Counted from the stretch's first letter, positions 30,394 to 41,485 are shown. The stretch is DNA of 48,597 nucleotides from an uncultured Bacilli bacterium (GCA_947626535.1 CANQSO010000003.1:1-48597), one strand, 5' to 3'. Numbers and translations are program-made. The notes: generated by a model from the letters alone, not told the origin.

Positions 30394-32864
30394 TATTCCT
30401 CACCCATTAGTTGCCTTTCTAGTTCTGTTGCTCTAACCCATAATCGAACTCTTTTTTTATTTGTTATATTTAGCAAAAACATTCCTTGTTTTGCTTTTAA
30501 TAAAAATTCTTTTTGGGTATCAGTTAAAGGGTTTTGCTTAAATAATTCTAAATAAGCACTTAAATCATCTTCCTTTAACATACCCGTTAATTGATATTGA
30601 CAGTTATTAAATATTGCTGTAGCGTGTCTTAAAATATTTGCTGAACCAATAAAATCTCTTACCGACTGTGTGGCACATACAAAAGAAGAAGAATACTTTC
30701 TTAATCTTCTTGCCATTTGTCCAAAATTTTTTAAAATTTCCATGTTATCTTCATCTATAAATAAATGAAATTCATCAACTACAACCATAATATGTTTTTT
30801 ATCATTTTGATTTTTTATTGATTCATTTTCAATTTTATTTTTTACTATTGCATTATTTAAATAAGTTAAAATGTTTAATACTTGTGTATTTATTAATCTT
30901 CTATTATCGCTAAATAATAATTCTTGCAAATTGAAACCAATTAAATTACTACTTCCTAAATCTAAATTAGTATAATCATTAAATAAAAAGGAATCAGTAC
31001 CTACTAAAAATCTTTCTAATAATATATCAATTTGTTCTATAATTTTAGCTTTTTCTTTTATTTGTTCCTTTTCTTTTTCTTCTTTGATAAACTTTTTTAA
31101 ATCATCAAAAATTGGAAATTCACTTGGTTTCATATTTTCTATCATTGATATTGTTGAATTTTTTGTAATTCCAAAATTTGCGTATAGTTTTTCAGTTTCT
31201 TCTAGCAATACAACTAATTCTTTCTCACTTATTTCTTCAAAAGCACATTTATAAAATGTTTCTAAAAAACCCATGTGTTTTGCTAATGGACAATTAGCTA
31301 TATCACTTTCATTATCTTCATTTTCAACTGGCAAGAATCTAACTTGTAGTGGATTTATTATTCCACCACTTTTTGAATACAAATCTATGTATTCGCCATG
31401 ATTATTATCTACTAATTTTTTGTATTCTGCCTCAGCATCAAATACGAAAACTTTAATTCCTTGATTTACTGCATTAGTAATTATCTTTTTTAAAGTAAAA
31501 CTTTTTCCACCACCTGTCGAGGCTACTATCGATAAGTTATGACTTGTTCTGTTTGAATCTAAACAAAACATATCAAAAAATACTGGCAATGCCGTGTGTG
31601 TATCTATTCCCATCATTATTCCTTTTTTATCATTAAATTTAGTTGTAGTTAATGGAAATCCTGCTGATAATGTGAGTGTAGGAAAATACATTGCATAATC
31701 ATCTAAAAAATTACTTGATATATCATAGGCTTGCCAAGTTTCATATTGTCTTAATCTCGTTACATCTAATTTAATTTTATAATTAGAAGCTAATCTTTTT
31801 AATTCATTTCTAACTTCTTCTCGTTTTTTCTTATCGCCTTTTACTACAATAATAAAATTTACTTTTTTTATTTTTTCATCACCATTTTTAATTTGGTCCA
31901 TTAATATTTGATAACTCTCTTTTAATGTATCTAATTCAGTTGCATCCGAAAGTTTTTTTGTTGTTGCTCTATCCGATAGTAAAAACTGATATGAGCTATC
32001 TATTACTTTTACTAATTCATCTGTATTTAATGTATCTTTTATATGAATACAACATCTAGTATTTGGCAAATTAAATATTTGTTCAAAAAAAGAACCCTCT
32101 AAAAAAAGAGGAACACTTTTTATTGACAATAATTCAATTTCTTCATCATCTATTTTAATTAGATTACTTTTTTCTGATATATTTAATGGAACAATTAAGT
32201 CCGTTAAATTACACCACATTATTTTTTCTAAATCAGTTTTACCACAATATAAATTCATTAAAAAGTGATACACTTCATATCGATTATTTATTTCATCTAT
32301 ATTTATTCTAGGATTAATTCCATAACTTACTCTCATTACTTCATCAATATTTTTCTTAAGTTCGGATTCACTACTTGCCGACAGCAAAAAATAGTAACTA
32401 TTTGATACTACATATTCATCATTTTCTAATTTTTCAATTAATTCATATCTTTCTTGTAAAAATTTTTGTTTTTCTAAATCATCTTTAAATTTTTTCATTA
32501 ATTCTAAAATATAATCTTTATTATCATTTAAGTTAATCTTTTCATCTAATTTATAAATTCTTAAATCTAAATTGCTTACTTGATATAAATATTTTAACTG
32601 TGAAAAAAATGTCATTAATTGTGAATCACTTGATAAAGATAAATCTATTGCCTCGACTGTAAATACTTTAGCTACTTCATTATTCTTTAAATGAATTAAG
32701 CCATTTTCATCAACATAATCAGTTATCATAAATGATTGAGAATTTTTCATCATTTTATTTAACTGTGTTTTAGTAATATATTCCTTATATTTTTTTTCTT
32801 TTCTATTTTTTCCTTTTAAAATGATTTGTTTTTCTTTTTCTTCCTTTTTTTCTTGTTTATTCAA
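30393..32864 (-). CDS. VirB4-like conjugative ATPase
   Basis: ASTGGGKS, DAEAEY, INPL, VVDEFH, ATQ; likely TTG start at 32864 after GAGGGGG. Confidence 0.93.
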   Translation of the reverse strand: MNKQEKKEEKEKQIILKGKNRKEKKYKEYITKTQLNKMMKNSQSFMITDYVDENGLIHLKNNEVAKVFTVEAIDLSLSSDSQLMTFFSQLKYLYQVSNLDLRIYKLDEKINLNDNKDYILELMKKFKDDLEKQKFLQERYELIEKLENDEYVVSNSYYFLLSASSESELKKNIDEVMRVSYGINPRINIDEINNRYEVYHFLMNLYCGKTDLEKIMWCNLTDLIVPLNISEKSNLIKIDDEEIELLSIKSVPLFLEGSFFEQIFNLPNTRCCIHIKDTLNTDELVKVIDSSYQFLLSDRATTKKLSDATELDTLKESYQILMDQIKNGDEKIKKVNFIIVVKGDKKKREEVRNELKRLASNYKIKLDVTRLRQYETWQAYDISSNFLDDYAMYFPTLTLSAGFPLTTTKFNDKKGIMMGIDTHTALPVFFDMFCLDSNRTSHNLSIVASTGGGKSFTLKKIITNAVNQGIKVFVFDAEAEYKKLVDNNHGEYIDLYSKSGGIINPLQVRFLPVENEDNESDIANCPLAKHMGFLETFYKCAFEEISEKELVVLLEETEKLYANFGITKNSTISMIENMKPSEFPIFDDLKKFIKEEKEKEQIKEKAKIIEQIDILLERFLVGTDSFLFNDYTNLDLGSSNLIGFNLQELLFSDNRRLINTQVLNILTYLNNAIVKNKIENESIKNQNDKKHIMVVVDEFHLFIDEDNMEILKNFGQMARRLRKYSSSFVCATQSVRDFIGSANILRHATAIFNNCQYQLTGMLKEDDLSAYLELFKQNPLTDTQKEFLLKAKQGMFLLNITNKKRVRLWVRATELERQLMGEE

Positions 32865-32878
32865 ATTATAACCCCCTC

Positions 32879-33151
32879 TCAATTATTCTTTAAATAAGTA
32901 AATTCTTTCTTAGAAAATATATATTTAAACAATAAAATCATTACTTTATACATTCGATTTTTTTGACTTACTGTAATTGGTATTAATAAAAAAATACCAA
33001 TTATCAATAAAAATAAACCTAATAGTTTAAAACTAGTACAACAAAAAAGAATTAAAAAAACTATAACAACAATACCACCTATTATTAAGTCGTTTACTTC
33101 TAATCCTTTAAAGCCTAAATTCCTTTTTACACTTGGTAACGTTATATACAT
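32879..33151 (-). CDS. PrgI/VirB3-like membrane protein
   Basis: Two TM helices; directly upstream of virB4. Confidence 0.65.
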   Translation of the reverse strand: MYITLPSVKRNLGFKGLEVNDLIIGGIVVIVFLILFCCTSFKLLGLFLLIIGIFLLIPITVSQKNRMYKVMILLFKYIFSKKEFTYLKNN

Positions 33152-33153
33152 TT

Positions 33154-34641
33154 TTACACCTTCTTTCGTGGTTTTCTATATAAGTAAGGATTTGTATTAA
33201 TACGATTTGCAAATGGTATTCTCTGAACTGGTATCATTATTCCTGCTCCTGCTCTCATCATTGTTCCAGTAGTTTGTGAGATTTTTTCATTAAGGGTAGG
33301 TATTTCAGCTCTCTTTATTTCATTTTGATTTGCACTATTATAAAGATTTAACCCGTGATTTCTAATAGTATTACCAGCATTTTGCACCGTTCTTTTAATT
33401 GGATTTGCACTAGACATTGTTGATCTATCTGGTAAAACTGCACTTCCAAATGATTTTCCAAAAGACGCTATTCCCATACCAACATTTTTTAATATATTAT
33501 TAGATGTTTTAGCTACTGCATTATTTAATCCAGTCTTTTTTGCTACATAATTTCCACCTTTAACTAAACCTGCTCCACCTAAAATTGAACCACCAACAGC
33601 TAAGCCTGCTCCTGCTACTCCAACTCCTCTTGCAAGTTTTCCATATCCCATTAAACTCATTAATTGCTCTCTTCCACTATTTGCACTTACATTGCTACCA
33701 ATAAAACGATTAATGCTTTGACTTCCTGTTAATAGAAAAATTGCACTTCCTAAATATAAAATTGACTTCATAGTCATATTTTGAAAAGTGTTATCAAAAA
33801 ATGTAGTACCATTTATAGCACCAGCTATTATTACTGTTATATTAATTATTAATATAACAACTGATGCTTGTAATGTTAAAGACACTAATTGTTCAATTAA
33901 AGCTCCTCTTCGTTGCTTATTACATACACTTGTTGCAAATATTATTGGTGACAATAAAAAAATAAATAAAAATTCTATTTGCCTTTTAGCAAGTAATATT
34001 GCTGAAAAAACTAAAGAATATAGGAAAAAGCCACCACATAATATTGACAGTATCCATTCAATATCATATTTATATTGCTTTTTATCAGCAAACAATTTAT
34101 CTTCCACTACATATTTATCGTTATATTTTTCATATTTTCCAAAAGAACCATTAGTAATATCTTCTTTATAATTTTCATTTTCAAATTCTTCACTAGTTTT
34201 ATAATCAGAATTAAATTCTATGTAATTCATAAGTAATGCTGAACCTAATGTTTCATTTGTATTAGTTGTTATTATTCCACTAACATAACCAGATAGTTGA
34301 ATTGCAAACGTTGATATTTGAACAAAAAGAAAAGTGGATATTAAAACTAATATTCCACATTTTACCGTTTCCGTTACTATTTGATTTATTGTCGGTCCAT
34401 CATCAGGTTCAATTATTTTTTTCGCAAATTGCCATGTTACAAACAAGCCAAATACTGTTAAAGATATTACAATTATTGCTGAATATATATTAGAAAATAA
34501 GGAATTGTTAGCTAATGTTCCTATAATATCTAATTCATTTATTTTAATTATTATATTATAAATTGTATCAATTAAATTATATATTAAACTGACAATTCCC
34601 CAACCTATATTTCTTAAAAAATCTATTGCCATTTGTATCAT
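33154..34641 (-). CDS. VirB6-like polytopic membrane protein
   Basis: Multiple TMs, RQIEF..LLSP motif, Gly/Ala-rich tail; lies between the pilin-like and VirB3-like genes. Confidence 0.8.
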   Translation of the reverse strand: MIQMAIDFLRNIGWGIVSLIYNLIDTIYNIIIKINELDIIGTLANNSLFSNIYSAIIVISLTVFGLFVTWQFAKKIIEPDDGPTINQIVTETVKCGILVLISTFLFVQISTFAIQLSGYVSGIITTNTNETLGSALLMNYIEFNSDYKTSEEFENENYKEDITNGSFGKYEKYNDKYVVEDKLFADKKQYKYDIEWILSILCGGFFLYSLVFSAILLAKRQIEFLFIFLLSPIIFATSVCNKQRRGALIEQLVSLTLQASVVILIINITVIIAGAINGTTFFDNTFQNMTMKSILYLGSAIFLLTGSQSINRFIGSNVSANSGREQLMSLMGYGKLARGVGVAGAGLAVGGSILGGAGLVKGGNYVAKKTGLNNAVAKTSNNILKNVGMGIASFGKSFGSAVLPDRSTMSSANPIKRTVQNAGNTIRNHGLNLYNSANQNEIKRAEIPTLNEKISQTTGTMMRAGAGIMIPVQRIPFANRINTNPYLYRKPRKKV

Positions 34642-34652
34642 AACAATACCTC

Positions 34653-34937
34653 TTACTTAAATAAATCTATTATAATATTTACTAGTGATAATGCTAAAAT
34701 TATACCTGCTATTCCTAATAAGGTTTGAATAATTCGTTGCTTGATTCTTGGTTTTTGTTCCACATCAACAACGGCATACATAACAAATCCAACTAATAAT
34801 GACACTCCTGCTAAGGCTATTCCTACTCGCAATACCCATGTTGTTAAGGTACTAATCACATTTAATATTGAATCTACTGTGTATGTTCCTCCCTCTAGCT
34901 TTTCAATTCCATTTGCCATAATTAAAAAATACTTCAT
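34653..34937 (-). CDS. VirB2/TrbC pilin-like protein
   Basis: 94 aa; two hydrophobic helices separated by a basic loop (KPRIKQRI). Confidence 0.7.
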   Translation of the reverse strand: MKYFLIMANGIEKLEGGTYTVDSILNVISTLTTWVLRVGIALAGVSLLVGFVMYAVVDVEQKPRIKQRIIQTLLGIAGIILALSLVNIIIDLFK

Positions 34938-34950
34938 ATTTCAACCCCCT

Positions 34951-35631
34951 TTATAAAATTTTCTCTAATGTTTTTTTATTTTTTAATAAATCATGTTTAT
35001 AATTATTTTTTACAATATATTGATTAATTTCTTCTTCAGTTCTTACAACTTCATTAATTCTTACATAATCCTTTTTTTCGGAATTATAAAACATATTGTC
35101 ATCTTCTTCACTTTTAAAGAAAAAAGTCATTGGTGCTAATCTATTACACTCTGAATGATATATTGCAAAAAAACCAGTATTTTTCTCTAAAAACTTTCTA
35201 TTTTCATAAGTTTCAGTTTCTACTAAAAAACCCTCTACTTTATAAGTTTCTTTTGTAATATCGCAGTATGCTTCACCCCTAACATATTCTTTAATTTTAC
35301 TTACTTTAAACTTTAAATCTCGATCTATTAAATCATTTCCCCAAACAAAAAAATCATTTGTCATATTATTAAGTAACATATCTAATTTTTCATTTGTTTT
35401 AGCTTGATTTATTTCTTCTTTACATTCATAATACCAACTTAATTTTTGTATTTCCTTATCTTCTTCTTGTAAAACTTCATCTACATACATTAAATCTAAT
35501 AAAACTATTTCATTTGTTTCATAAAAATTTTTATCAACACAGTAAAGAGTATTCGGATTTTTATAACTTAAAAAAACATACTCTTTATTATTTTTAGTTT
35601 TAAATATTTGCCCTTTTTTTAATTCTAACAT
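34951..35631 (-). CDS. Hypothetical protein
   Basis: 226-aa ORF within the operon. Confidence 0.7.
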   Translation of the reverse strand: MLELKKGQIFKTKNNKEYVFLSYKNPNTLYCVDKNFYETNEIVLLDLMYVDEVLQEEDKEIQKLSWYYECKEEINQAKTNEKLDMLLNNMTNDFFVWGNDLIDRDLKFKVSKIKEYVRGEAYCDITKETYKVEGFLVETETYENRKFLEKNTGFFAIYHSECNRLAPMTFFFKSEEDDNMFYNSEKKDYVRINEVVRTEEEINQYIVKNNYKHDLLKNKKTLEKIL

Positions 35632-36119
35632 GATTCTTCCTCTTCTATTTTTTCATATAGTTGATACAAGTCTATATTTTTATAAATAATTCTATAAGTT
35701 GAATTATATTCTTTTAATATCTTTTGAATTTTTTCTTCGTTACTTAACTCATAAAATGTGTCACCAATATCAACTTTTGAAAATAAAGTTTCCATTACTA
35801 TTTTTAAATTATTTTTATCGGAAAAATCTAACAACAATTTTTCTTTCCAACCACATTTTAAATCTTCAAAATGATTAACTTTATTATTTTTAATTGCAAA
35901 TTCTTTAAAATCTAAATAATCATTAGGATATTTAGTTCCTATTTCTAATTTTTCATTAGTTATTAAACAACCGTAACGGTCTATTAAAACACTATTTTCT
36001 ATAGTTGTAATATCGTTCCAACTTTCTTTACTGTGTCTTAAATCATAGCAAAATACTCCTAATTTCTCTAATTCATATTTTTCTATTTTATTTTTATAAT
36101 CAGTAATAAAATATAACAC
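35625..36119 (-). CDS. LPD28-like (large polyvalent protein-associated) domain protein
   Basis: YDLRH...TIENSV...YGCLITNEKL resembles the LPD28 pattern as I recall it. Confidence 0.6.
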   Translation of the reverse strand: MLYFITDYKNKIEKYELEKLGVFCYDLRHSKESWNDITTIENSVLIDRYGCLITNEKLEIGTKYPNDYLDFKEFAIKNNKVNHFEDLKCGWKEKLLLDFSDKNNLKIVMETLFSKVDIGDTFYELSNEEKIQKILKEYNSTYRIIYKNIDLYQLYEKIEEEESC

Positions 36120-36127
36120 TAATACAC

Positions 36128-36469
36128 CTACATATCTACTTCTTTTTCGTTATCAGATTTTTCTTTAGTATTAGATTTTTCAAATTTTACAATTTCATAA
36201 GGTCTTAATTGAAAAGCTGTTTTATTTTCTTTTTGATATGTTTGTAATTTACCAATTATATGAAAGTAGTCACCTTTTTTGTAACCATCTTCTTGAAATT
36301 GATTTAAAAACTTATCCTCTAAATATATAGAATAATAACTTGCTTTTCCTGTTCTACTATTTTGAACTATACTTACATAGCAAAAATCTTTTCCTTGTGT
36401 ATTTTTTTTAATATCGCTAATAGAAGCAATTTTTCCTCCTATCTCAATACTATTTTTATATTTTTCCAT
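36128..36469 (-). CDS. Single-stranded DNA-binding protein (OB fold)
   Basis: NSIEIGGKI, KKGD..HIIGKLQT, charged tail. Confidence 0.78.
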   Translation of the reverse strand: MEKYKNSIEIGGKIASISDIKKNTQGKDFCYVSIVQNSRTGKASYYSIYLEDKFLNQFQEDGYKKGDYFHIIGKLQTYQKENKTAFQLRPYEIVKFEKSNTKEKSDNEKEVDM

Positions 36470-36509
36470 TTTTCATTCCCCCTATCATAAATTTATTAAG
36501 TAAAAAGGC

Positions 36510-39500
36510 CTACTTTTTAGTAGAACCTTTTACTTTATTTTTTTTCTTATTTTTAATATCAGATATAATAACTAAGCTAGCACCAATTGTTATTAGTCCA
36601 GCAGTTATTAATCTACTATAATCATGAACACCAGTTTGTGGTAAGTGTGTATTAACTAAGCCAACTTCCACATCTTTTCCATCTTCTATAATTGAAAAAT
36701 ATACTACTTCATCATTTAGAACATAATTTTCAATTGTTTCAAGTTCTTTGATATAATACTCACCATATTCAAGATTTTCAATTTTTACTTGCCCTTTTTC
36801 ATCAGTAATATATTTCCCTAATAGAGTTCCATCTTTATAATAAATAGCTATCTTAACTCCCTTTAATGGTGTTCCTTTTTCATTGGTTTTTGTAAAAATT
36901 AAATTACCAGTTATTATTTTATCTTTCATTGTTGATTTTACAACTTCCCCATTTTCCTTAATGCTAAAATACATTTTTTCGTAATTTAAAGCATAAGGTA
37001 CAGGAGCACTTTTTTCTAAGATATAATAATCACCATAAGGTATCTCATTTATTACTATTTTACCATTTTCGTCCGTTTTTCCAGTATAGATGACTTCATC
37101 AGTTTTAGCGTCATAAATTTCAATTTCAGTATCAGGAATTGCTTTTTCAGTAGAAAAATCTTCTTTTGTGAATTCTAAACTTCCTGTAATCTTTTCATTT
37201 TTCATAACACTTTTAACAATTTCGCCATCAATTTTAATTTCAAAATACACTGGTTCATCACTTAATACATAAGATTCAGGACTTTTCTTTTCAATAATTT
37301 TATAATGTCCATATTCAAGATTTTCAACAAAAATCTTTCCATTCTCATCAGTTGTTCCTTTATATACTAATTCATTAGTATCCATATTATAAATTTCAAT
37401 TTCAGCATTTGCTAATGTTTCACCTGTTTTTAAATCTTCCTTTGTAAATTCTAAATTACCAGTTATTTTTTTATCAGTCATAACAGCCTTATAAATTTGA
37501 CCATCTTCTGTAATTTCAAAATACACTGGTTCTTCATTTAACACGTAAGAATCAGGTGCAACTTTTTCAACAATTCTATAACGTCCATATTCTAAAGATT
37601 TTACAACAATTTTACCATTTTCGTTTGTAACACCTTTAAACACTAACTCATTAGTATCAGCATTATAAATCTCAATTTCTGCTCCAGCTAGTCCTTTACC
37701 TGTTGCAATATCTTCTTTAGTAAATTCCAAATCGCCTTCTTTTTTCTTATTAGCCATTTTAGCTTTTACTATTTCTTTATTTTCCTTTATTTCAAAATAC
37801 ACTTTTTCATTACTTAATCTATATCCTGTTGATGCTTCTTTTTCTACAATATAATATTTACCTGCAAATAATTCATTAATAATTATTTTACCCTCATCAT
37901 CAGTAATACCACTAAATACTAATTCATCATTTGAAGTATATATTTCAATTTTTGTATCTTTAATAGCTTTACCAGTTGTAATATCTGTTTTAGAAAATTC
38001 TAATTTTCCCTTTTTTAAATAATTTTTATTTTTAAAAGTTTTTGAAATTATAGAAGTGTATTGGTCTTTGTACTCTAAAGTTACATTATAAATTGTTTCA
38101 TCAAGTATGTAATTATCTAATGTTTTTAATTCTTTTAATGTATATTTACCTAACTTAAGATTTTCAATTCTAATATAGCCTTTATCATCAGTTGTATATT
38201 CTTTTATTAAGTTTCCTTTTTCGTCAAATAAGCCAAATGTTACATTTGATAAAGGAGCTTCAAAATAAGTAAAATTACCGTCTTTAATTTCTACTTTTTC
38301 ACCAATTTTATAAAGTTCAATTAATCCTTTTACTTCTTGGTTAGCAAACTCTAAATCAAGTATATCTTCTCCTAATGTTTCATCATAAACAATTTTAGAA
38401 TTTTCATTAATTTCAAACTCTAAACCATTTGCATTCCAAACATATCCTTGAATTGGTTGGTCAATTTCTTCTAATCTATATCTACCTGGATATAGCATAT
38501 CTAAAGTGATAAATTCACCATTTTTATCGGTTTCAAACTCACAATAAGTCGCAACGTTTGGATATGTTCCTTTTTGACAAACGTATTTATTATTTGTAAT
38601 ATCAAATATTTTAAATCTAATTCCACTTATAGGAACTGCATTTCCCTCCATATCGATTTTCTTTACTCTAATTTTAGCCGAATATGGTTCATTTAGTAAA
38701 GTAATATATTCATCTTCCTTACTCTTTTCCGTTACTGAAAAATTGATATCCTTTGCCAATTTATAACCACTTATACCTTTGGTTTGTCTAATAATGTAAT
38801 CGTCAAATGGAAGTTTTGTGCTTGCTGTTGCAGATTCATCTATCGTTATTGTTGCAACTAATTTATTAGTTGTTTTACTAATAATATCGAATTTTGCTCC
38901 AACTTCTGCATTGACACCATTTTCAGTTAAATAAGTTTTATTAATATGTAAATTAGTGCTATAAACTTCGTCTTTTGATACTACATTTATTACACCGTCA
39001 GCATTTTCCTTTGTTACGGATACTCGATAAGTTGACGGATCTAATCGATAACCAAATGGACTAATTATTTCTTTAACTGTATAATCATTTAGTAATAAAA
39101 TTCTATCAGTTTCACCGATACAATTATCACCAATTGTTACTTTAGTTACAAGTTTTCCAGTATTATCATAAACTCCATATACTGCACCAACTAATTTTGC
39201 TTTACCTTGTGGATTACATGAATTATTATTTTTATCTAACTTTTGAATTTTTATTTTACCTAAATAGATTTTATTATAAAATGTTTTTGTTATATTTAAT
39301 CCATCTTTAGTAATACTAAAATCTTCTCGTTTAGAATCTAATTCATAATTTTTTCCTGCTTTTGTTTCGATTAAATAATAATCACCTAATAATAAATCAG
39401 TTGCCTCTGCCTCACAATTATTATCAATAATTAATTTTTTAATAAATGTTCCATCTTTTTTATATAAAGCAAATTCAGTTCCTGTTAAACTTCCTAAACT

Positions 39501-40625
39501 TGTTGGATTACATTTTCCCGTATCTTTATCAAGTTTTTTAATTTTAACTTTTCCTAAATACATCTTATCATATACTGTTAATGATACATCTGGTTTTTGA
39601 GTAGTAATTTCAAAATAATGCTTATCGTTGTCGATTTCATAATTTTTCCCTGCTTTTGATTCTTGTACGTAATAGCGTCCGATATCTAAATTATCAATAC
39701 TTACCATACAATCTGGTCCTATTGTTAAATCTTTAACAAATGTTCCATTATCTTTGTATAATTTATAAACTGCTCCAATTAATGAACCACCATTTTGAGC
39801 TTTACAAGTTTTATTATCAGCATCATACTTTTTTAAAGTTAATGAACCACCTTTAATAGTTCCACTTATTGATGATGTTACTGAATCAATATTACCTGTT
39901 AATATTTGATTTTGATAGTAGTCTGAAATGTAATAAATTGTTGGTCTATCATAGGCTTCACTTTTTTTCTCTAAATTTACTTGATATTTACCTGTGCTAG
40001 TTGGTGTTACCGTTAATTTATTTCCATTTATTGTTGCATTACAATTAGTGCAACTAGCAACTTTAAAATTTGCTAAGACATTATTACTATCAGTTAAAAC
40101 TTTAGATTCCCCTAAAGTTAAATTTGAAGTAGTTCCATTAAAACTAGGTTTCTTATTATGTTCTTCCACTAATCTTTTAATTTCTTTTCTTTCAGCTGAA
40201 ATATCATATCTTGCACCAGAATCATTATATGTATAATATCCCTCTGGCGAATTTGTTACAGCCTCCCATATCATTGCTTGTGTTGCTAGACGATAATCAT
40301 TTGTTTGATGTCCAGGATACCACCAACCATAATATGAAATTTGAACTACTTTATCTTTTAATGATGAACTTATTCTTGTATCGTTCCAGTCCCATGATTC
40401 TCGATATTCATATCCGTAGTTGGTTTCTACGTGTGGCTCTACACAAAATGTTGGAGCATTATTTACATAAAAAAATGAGGCTTTGTCTACTTCATTTGAA
40501 CCATCAGCCCAGTGATATGATAAATCCATCTCATAATACAATTTAAGTGTTGCTGCCTTAGGTTTATCTACTATAAATAAACTACTAAGTAACAATACTA
40601 AAACATAAAAAAATTTCTTCTTCAT
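36510..40625 (-). CDS. Thioester-domain adhesin with SpaA/CnaB repeats and LPxTG anchor
   Basis: Signal peptide; TFCVEP (Cys61), TQAMIW and QNQI TED motifs; about ten KxD...E..AP.GY repeats; LPQTG, TM and basic tail. Confidence 0.9.
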   Translation of the reverse strand: MKKKFFYVLVLLLSSLFIVDKPKAATLKLYYEMDLSYHWADGSNEVDKASFFYVNNAPTFCVEPHVETNYGYEYRESWDWNDTRISSSLKDKVVQISYYGWWYPGHQTNDYRLATQAMIWEAVTNSPEGYYTYNDSGARYDISAERKEIKRLVEEHNKKPSFNGTTSNLTLGESKVLTDSNNVLANFKVASCTNCNATINGNKLTVTPTSTGKYQVNLEKKSEAYDRPTIYYISDYYQNQILTGNIDSVTSSISGTIKGGSLTLKKYDADNKTCKAQNGGSLIGAVYKLYKDNGTFVKDLTIGPDCMVSIDNLDIGRYYVQESKAGKNYEIDNDKHYFEITTQKPDVSLTVYDKMYLGKVKIKKLDKDTGKCNPTSLGSLTGTEFALYKKDGTFIKKLIIDNNCEAEATDLLLGDYYLIETKAGKNYELDSKREDFSITKDGLNITKTFYNKIYLGKIKIQKLDKNNNSCNPQGKAKLVGAVYGVYDNTGKLVTKVTIGDNCIGETDRILLLNDYTVKEIISPFGYRLDPSTYRVSVTKENADGVINVVSKDEVYSTNLHINKTYLTENGVNAEVGAKFDIISKTTNKLVATITIDESATASTKLPFDDYIIRQTKGISGYKLAKDINFSVTEKSKEDEYITLLNEPYSAKIRVKKIDMEGNAVPISGIRFKIFDITNNKYVCQKGTYPNVATYCEFETDKNGEFITLDMLYPGRYRLEEIDQPIQGYVWNANGLEFEINENSKIVYDETLGEDILDLEFANQEVKGLIELYKIGEKVEIKDGNFTYFEAPLSNVTFGLFDEKGNLIKEYTTDDKGYIRIENLKLGKYTLKELKTLDNYILDETIYNVTLEYKDQYTSIISKTFKNKNYLKKGKLEFSKTDITTGKAIKDTKIEIYTSNDELVFSGITDDEGKIIINELFAGKYYIVEKEASTGYRLSNEKVYFEIKENKEIVKAKMANKKKEGDLEFTKEDIATGKGLAGAEIEIYNADTNELVFKGVTNENGKIVVKSLEYGRYRIVEKVAPDSYVLNEEPVYFEITEDGQIYKAVMTDKKITGNLEFTKEDLKTGETLANAEIEIYNMDTNELVYKGTTDENGKIFVENLEYGHYKIIEKKSPESYVLSDEPVYFEIKIDGEIVKSVMKNEKITGSLEFTKEDFSTEKAIPDTEIEIYDAKTDEVIYTGKTDENGKIVINEIPYGDYYILEKSAPVPYALNYEKMYFSIKENGEVVKSTMKDKIITGNLIFTKTNEKGTPLKGVKIAIYYKDGTLLGKYITDEKGQVKIENLEYGEYYIKELETIENYVLNDEVVYFSIIEDGKDVEVGLVNTHLPQTGVHDYSRLITAGLITIGASLVIISDIKNKKKNKVKGSTKK

Positions 40626-40652
40626 TTCTTACCTCCCTTACAATTTTTTTAA

Positions 40653-40907
40653 TTAATTATGAATTACTACATCCATTAACGGTGTAGAATAAATACCCAG
40701 CATTTGATGATAATTATTAATTTTTTCATACAAATAATCCAAATGCTTAATTAAAACTTGATATCGTTCAAGCGAAATATCTAAGCCTGCTAATGCTCTA
40801 AAATATTCAGCATTAGAAATATTAAGTTTTGCCGTTCGTTGATTAATTAATTTTTTAAAATCATCAGATACTGCAAATTTCATCTCTGCCATTTCCATCA
40901 CCCCCAT
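40653..40907 (-). CDS. Small putative DNA-binding (RHH-like) protein
   Basis: MKFAVSDDFKKLI...ISNAEYFR pattern; true start may be a downstream Met. Confidence 0.55.
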   Translation of the reverse strand: MGVMEMAEMKFAVSDDFKKLINQRTAKLNISNAEYFRALAGLDISLERYQVLIKHLDYLYEKINNYHQMLGIYSTPLMDVVIHN

Positions 40908-40963
40908 TTCATTTAGTTTTTTTACGAGCTCCCTATAAACTCAAAAAAAAAGAATGAATTTAA

Positions 40964-41485
40964 TCACTCTTCACAATATTTTTCTAACTCTGTCCACATT
41001 TTTACAATACAGCTTTTTTTGATTCTTTGTAAATAAGTTTTAGAAATACCAATTATTTCGGCAATACTTTCTTCCGATTTATGTTGAAAAAAAGTATTAA
41101 TTAAATAAACACATTCCGAATTAGTTAATCGGCTACTTACATCTAAAATTGTATTATAAATCTCTGTTGTTAGTATTTGTTTATCAACATATTTTTCAAC
41201 TGCTTTTTCAATTTGACTTTGACTTGATTTTTGAAAGCATATTTCCTTTGATTCATAAGTAGGAGTTATTCTCATAGCATTTGATACTGGAAATTTATAT
41301 AGATATTTTGCCGATTTAAAATTATCAAATAATTTTAGTAATTTTTTTCTTTCATTCAAAATATCATAATAATTTAACAAATCTTCGCCTAGTAATTCGT
41401 TTTGACTATTACTTATTTTTACATTTTGTTCTATTGCGTCGCAAATGTTTACTAATTGTTCAAACGTTACTATTGCATTCATCAC
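40964..41485 (-). CDS. Putative transcriptional regulator with sigma-region-4/ArpU-like HTH
   Basis: C-terminal SEESIAEIIGISKTYLQRIKK; GGAGG RBS; first gene of the transfer operon. Confidence 0.65.
   Translation of the reverse strand: MMNAIVTFEQLVNICDAIEQNVKISNSQNELLGEDLLNYYDILNERKKLLKLFDNFKSAKYLYKFPVSNAMRITPTYESKEICFQKSSQSQIEKAVEKYVDKQILTTEIYNTILDVSSRLTNSECVYLINTFFQHKSEESIAEIIGISKTYLQRIKKSCIVKMWTELEKYCEE

Noticed and set aside
10233-40546. Other short plus-strand ORFs (10233, 12625, 12807, 16696, 18434, 24319, 29230, 30364, 33788, 34302, 34741, 39994, 40211)
   Set aside because: All lie antisense to well-supported genes and have shadow-like composition
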